Below the pieces are notes generated by a model. It ran no database searches. It was not told the origin of the DNA and saw only the letters and a program-made list of their open reading frames with translations. This document shows, in pieces, positions 63,189 to 64,000 of a stretch of 64,000 bases of DNA. The DNA is from an uncultured Methanoculleus sp. (GTDB lineage Archaea; Halobacteriota; Methanomicrobia; Methanomicrobiales; Methanoculleaceae), in the NCBI GenBank assembly GCA_964413225.1, contig CAYPRO010000001.1, forward strand, positions 143,103 to 207,102. Reading direction: 5' to 3'. Made by a program: the position numbers and the translations under genes. Within the stretch, counting starts at the first letter, position 1, and each line of letters begins with the position of its first letter.

Positions 63189-64000
63189 TCACGATGTCGC
63201 GACCTCAACACACTCCTTTCGTGTCCCTATCCTGGCAAGCGCCCCGCACATGCCGGGGACGTAGGCGAACGCCTTGCCCGAATCCACCATGATAGATGTG
63301 AACTCATCCATCCGGGGCGAGACGACCATGCAGGTATCCGGGATCACCCTGGCACCACTTCGCTCGATGGCGGCGACAAGATCGGGGTTGTTCTTTGCGA
63401 CTCCCCGGGCAGCGAATATGTAGAAGGGTTTTGTCGCCTTCTTTCCCCTGAGGAGATCGGCGAGTTCGCGGAGCTCGTCCGTCGAGCAGTGAGGGCACCC
63501 GACCGCAACCGCCTCAACCTCCATACCCGCAAAGAGGGCCTCGACCTCATCGGCGCTCACCGTCACCCGGTCAAGGTCGCCGGTCTCAAAGGAGAAGACC
63601 CGGGCCTCCGGGGTGATCTTATCGACATGGAAGAGCGCGACCGCGCCGGTCGCCGCCATAGCGGCGCCAAGCGCCTTCAGGTTGTCGCGGTTTGGCCGGA
63701 TACCGGCAAAGATCGGGATCCGGTTCCCAACCTTCTTGCCCACCACGTGGCCGATGGCGCCCCAGTGGTCGGCGTGCCGGCCAGTACCGCCCTCGACCTC
63801 GACGACGACCTGCGGCCGCCGGTTTTCAACGATATGGAGGCCGTAGTACGGGGTCTTTCCAATGATCGCCGCCGCAAGGGCGCTCGGCCCCCCTTCCCGG
63901 TTCGTCCGGGCGCCTAAAACCGAGTTTGCGTAGGCGACCGCTGAGGACTCCGACCAGGCCAGGTGCTCCCCGTACTCCGTTATGCGGATGTAGTAGGGGG
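63189..64000 (-). CDS. Aconitase X catalytic subunit (phosphomevalonate dehydratase large subunit-like); 5' end outside window
   Basis: WSESSAVAYANSVLGARTNREGGP, GCPHCS, DTCMVVSP, DSGK. Confidence 0.92.
   Translation of the reverse strand, partial: PYYIRITEYGEHLAWSESSAVAYANSVLGARTNREGGPSALAAAIIGKTPYYGLHIVENRRPQVVVEVEGGTGRHADHWGAIGHVVGKKVGNRIPIFAGIRPNRDNLKALGAAMAATGAVALFHVDKITPEARVFSFETGDLDRVTVSADEVEALFAGMEVEAVAVGCPHCSTDELRELADLLRGKKATKPFYIFAARGVAKNNPDLVAAIERSGARVIPDTCMVVSPRMDEFTSIMVDSGKAFAYVPGMCGALARIGTRKECVEVATS

Overview
GC-rich archaeal DNA from a methanogen, most likely Methanoculleus (Methanomicrobiales), judged from gene content and the PolD DP2 intein. The backbone is housekeeping: hsp20, NDP-sugar synthase, aIF1/SUI1, cobQ, a type IV pilus/Tad locus with prepilin peptidase, hisI, PINA ATPase, leuS, PAC2, metG, DHH, polC with a Gln-ending mini-intein, a HEAT/histidine kinase/response regulator/CheB cluster, P-type ATPase, ArsB/NhaD, aconitase X and three tRNAs (Arg-TCT, Phe-GAA, Leu-CAA). 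Three accessory regions interrupt it. (1) About 18.6-31.3 kb, downstream of leuS, is a layered defence hotspot: an intact type III-like Mod/Res pair with an AT-rich recognition segment, an orphan ORF, remnants of a DUF1156/DUF499 system, DUF1016 and RecG-like fragments, and two toxin-antitoxin pairs with dead toxins, bracketed by two pairs of diverged direct repeats. (2) About 35.2-36.9 kb is a compact TIGR04255-like / unknown / HEPN three-gene cassette. (3) About 41.9-47.8 kb, between convergent tRNA-Phe and tRNA-Leu, is a decayed integrated element with a Panacea-like/PIN pair, a Fic gene, palindromic sites and an integrase tail. A ~75 bp double-hairpin element occurs three times, one copy with an inverted loop. 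No CRISPR array or rRNA was seen. All family calls come from motif recognition by eye, not database searches.
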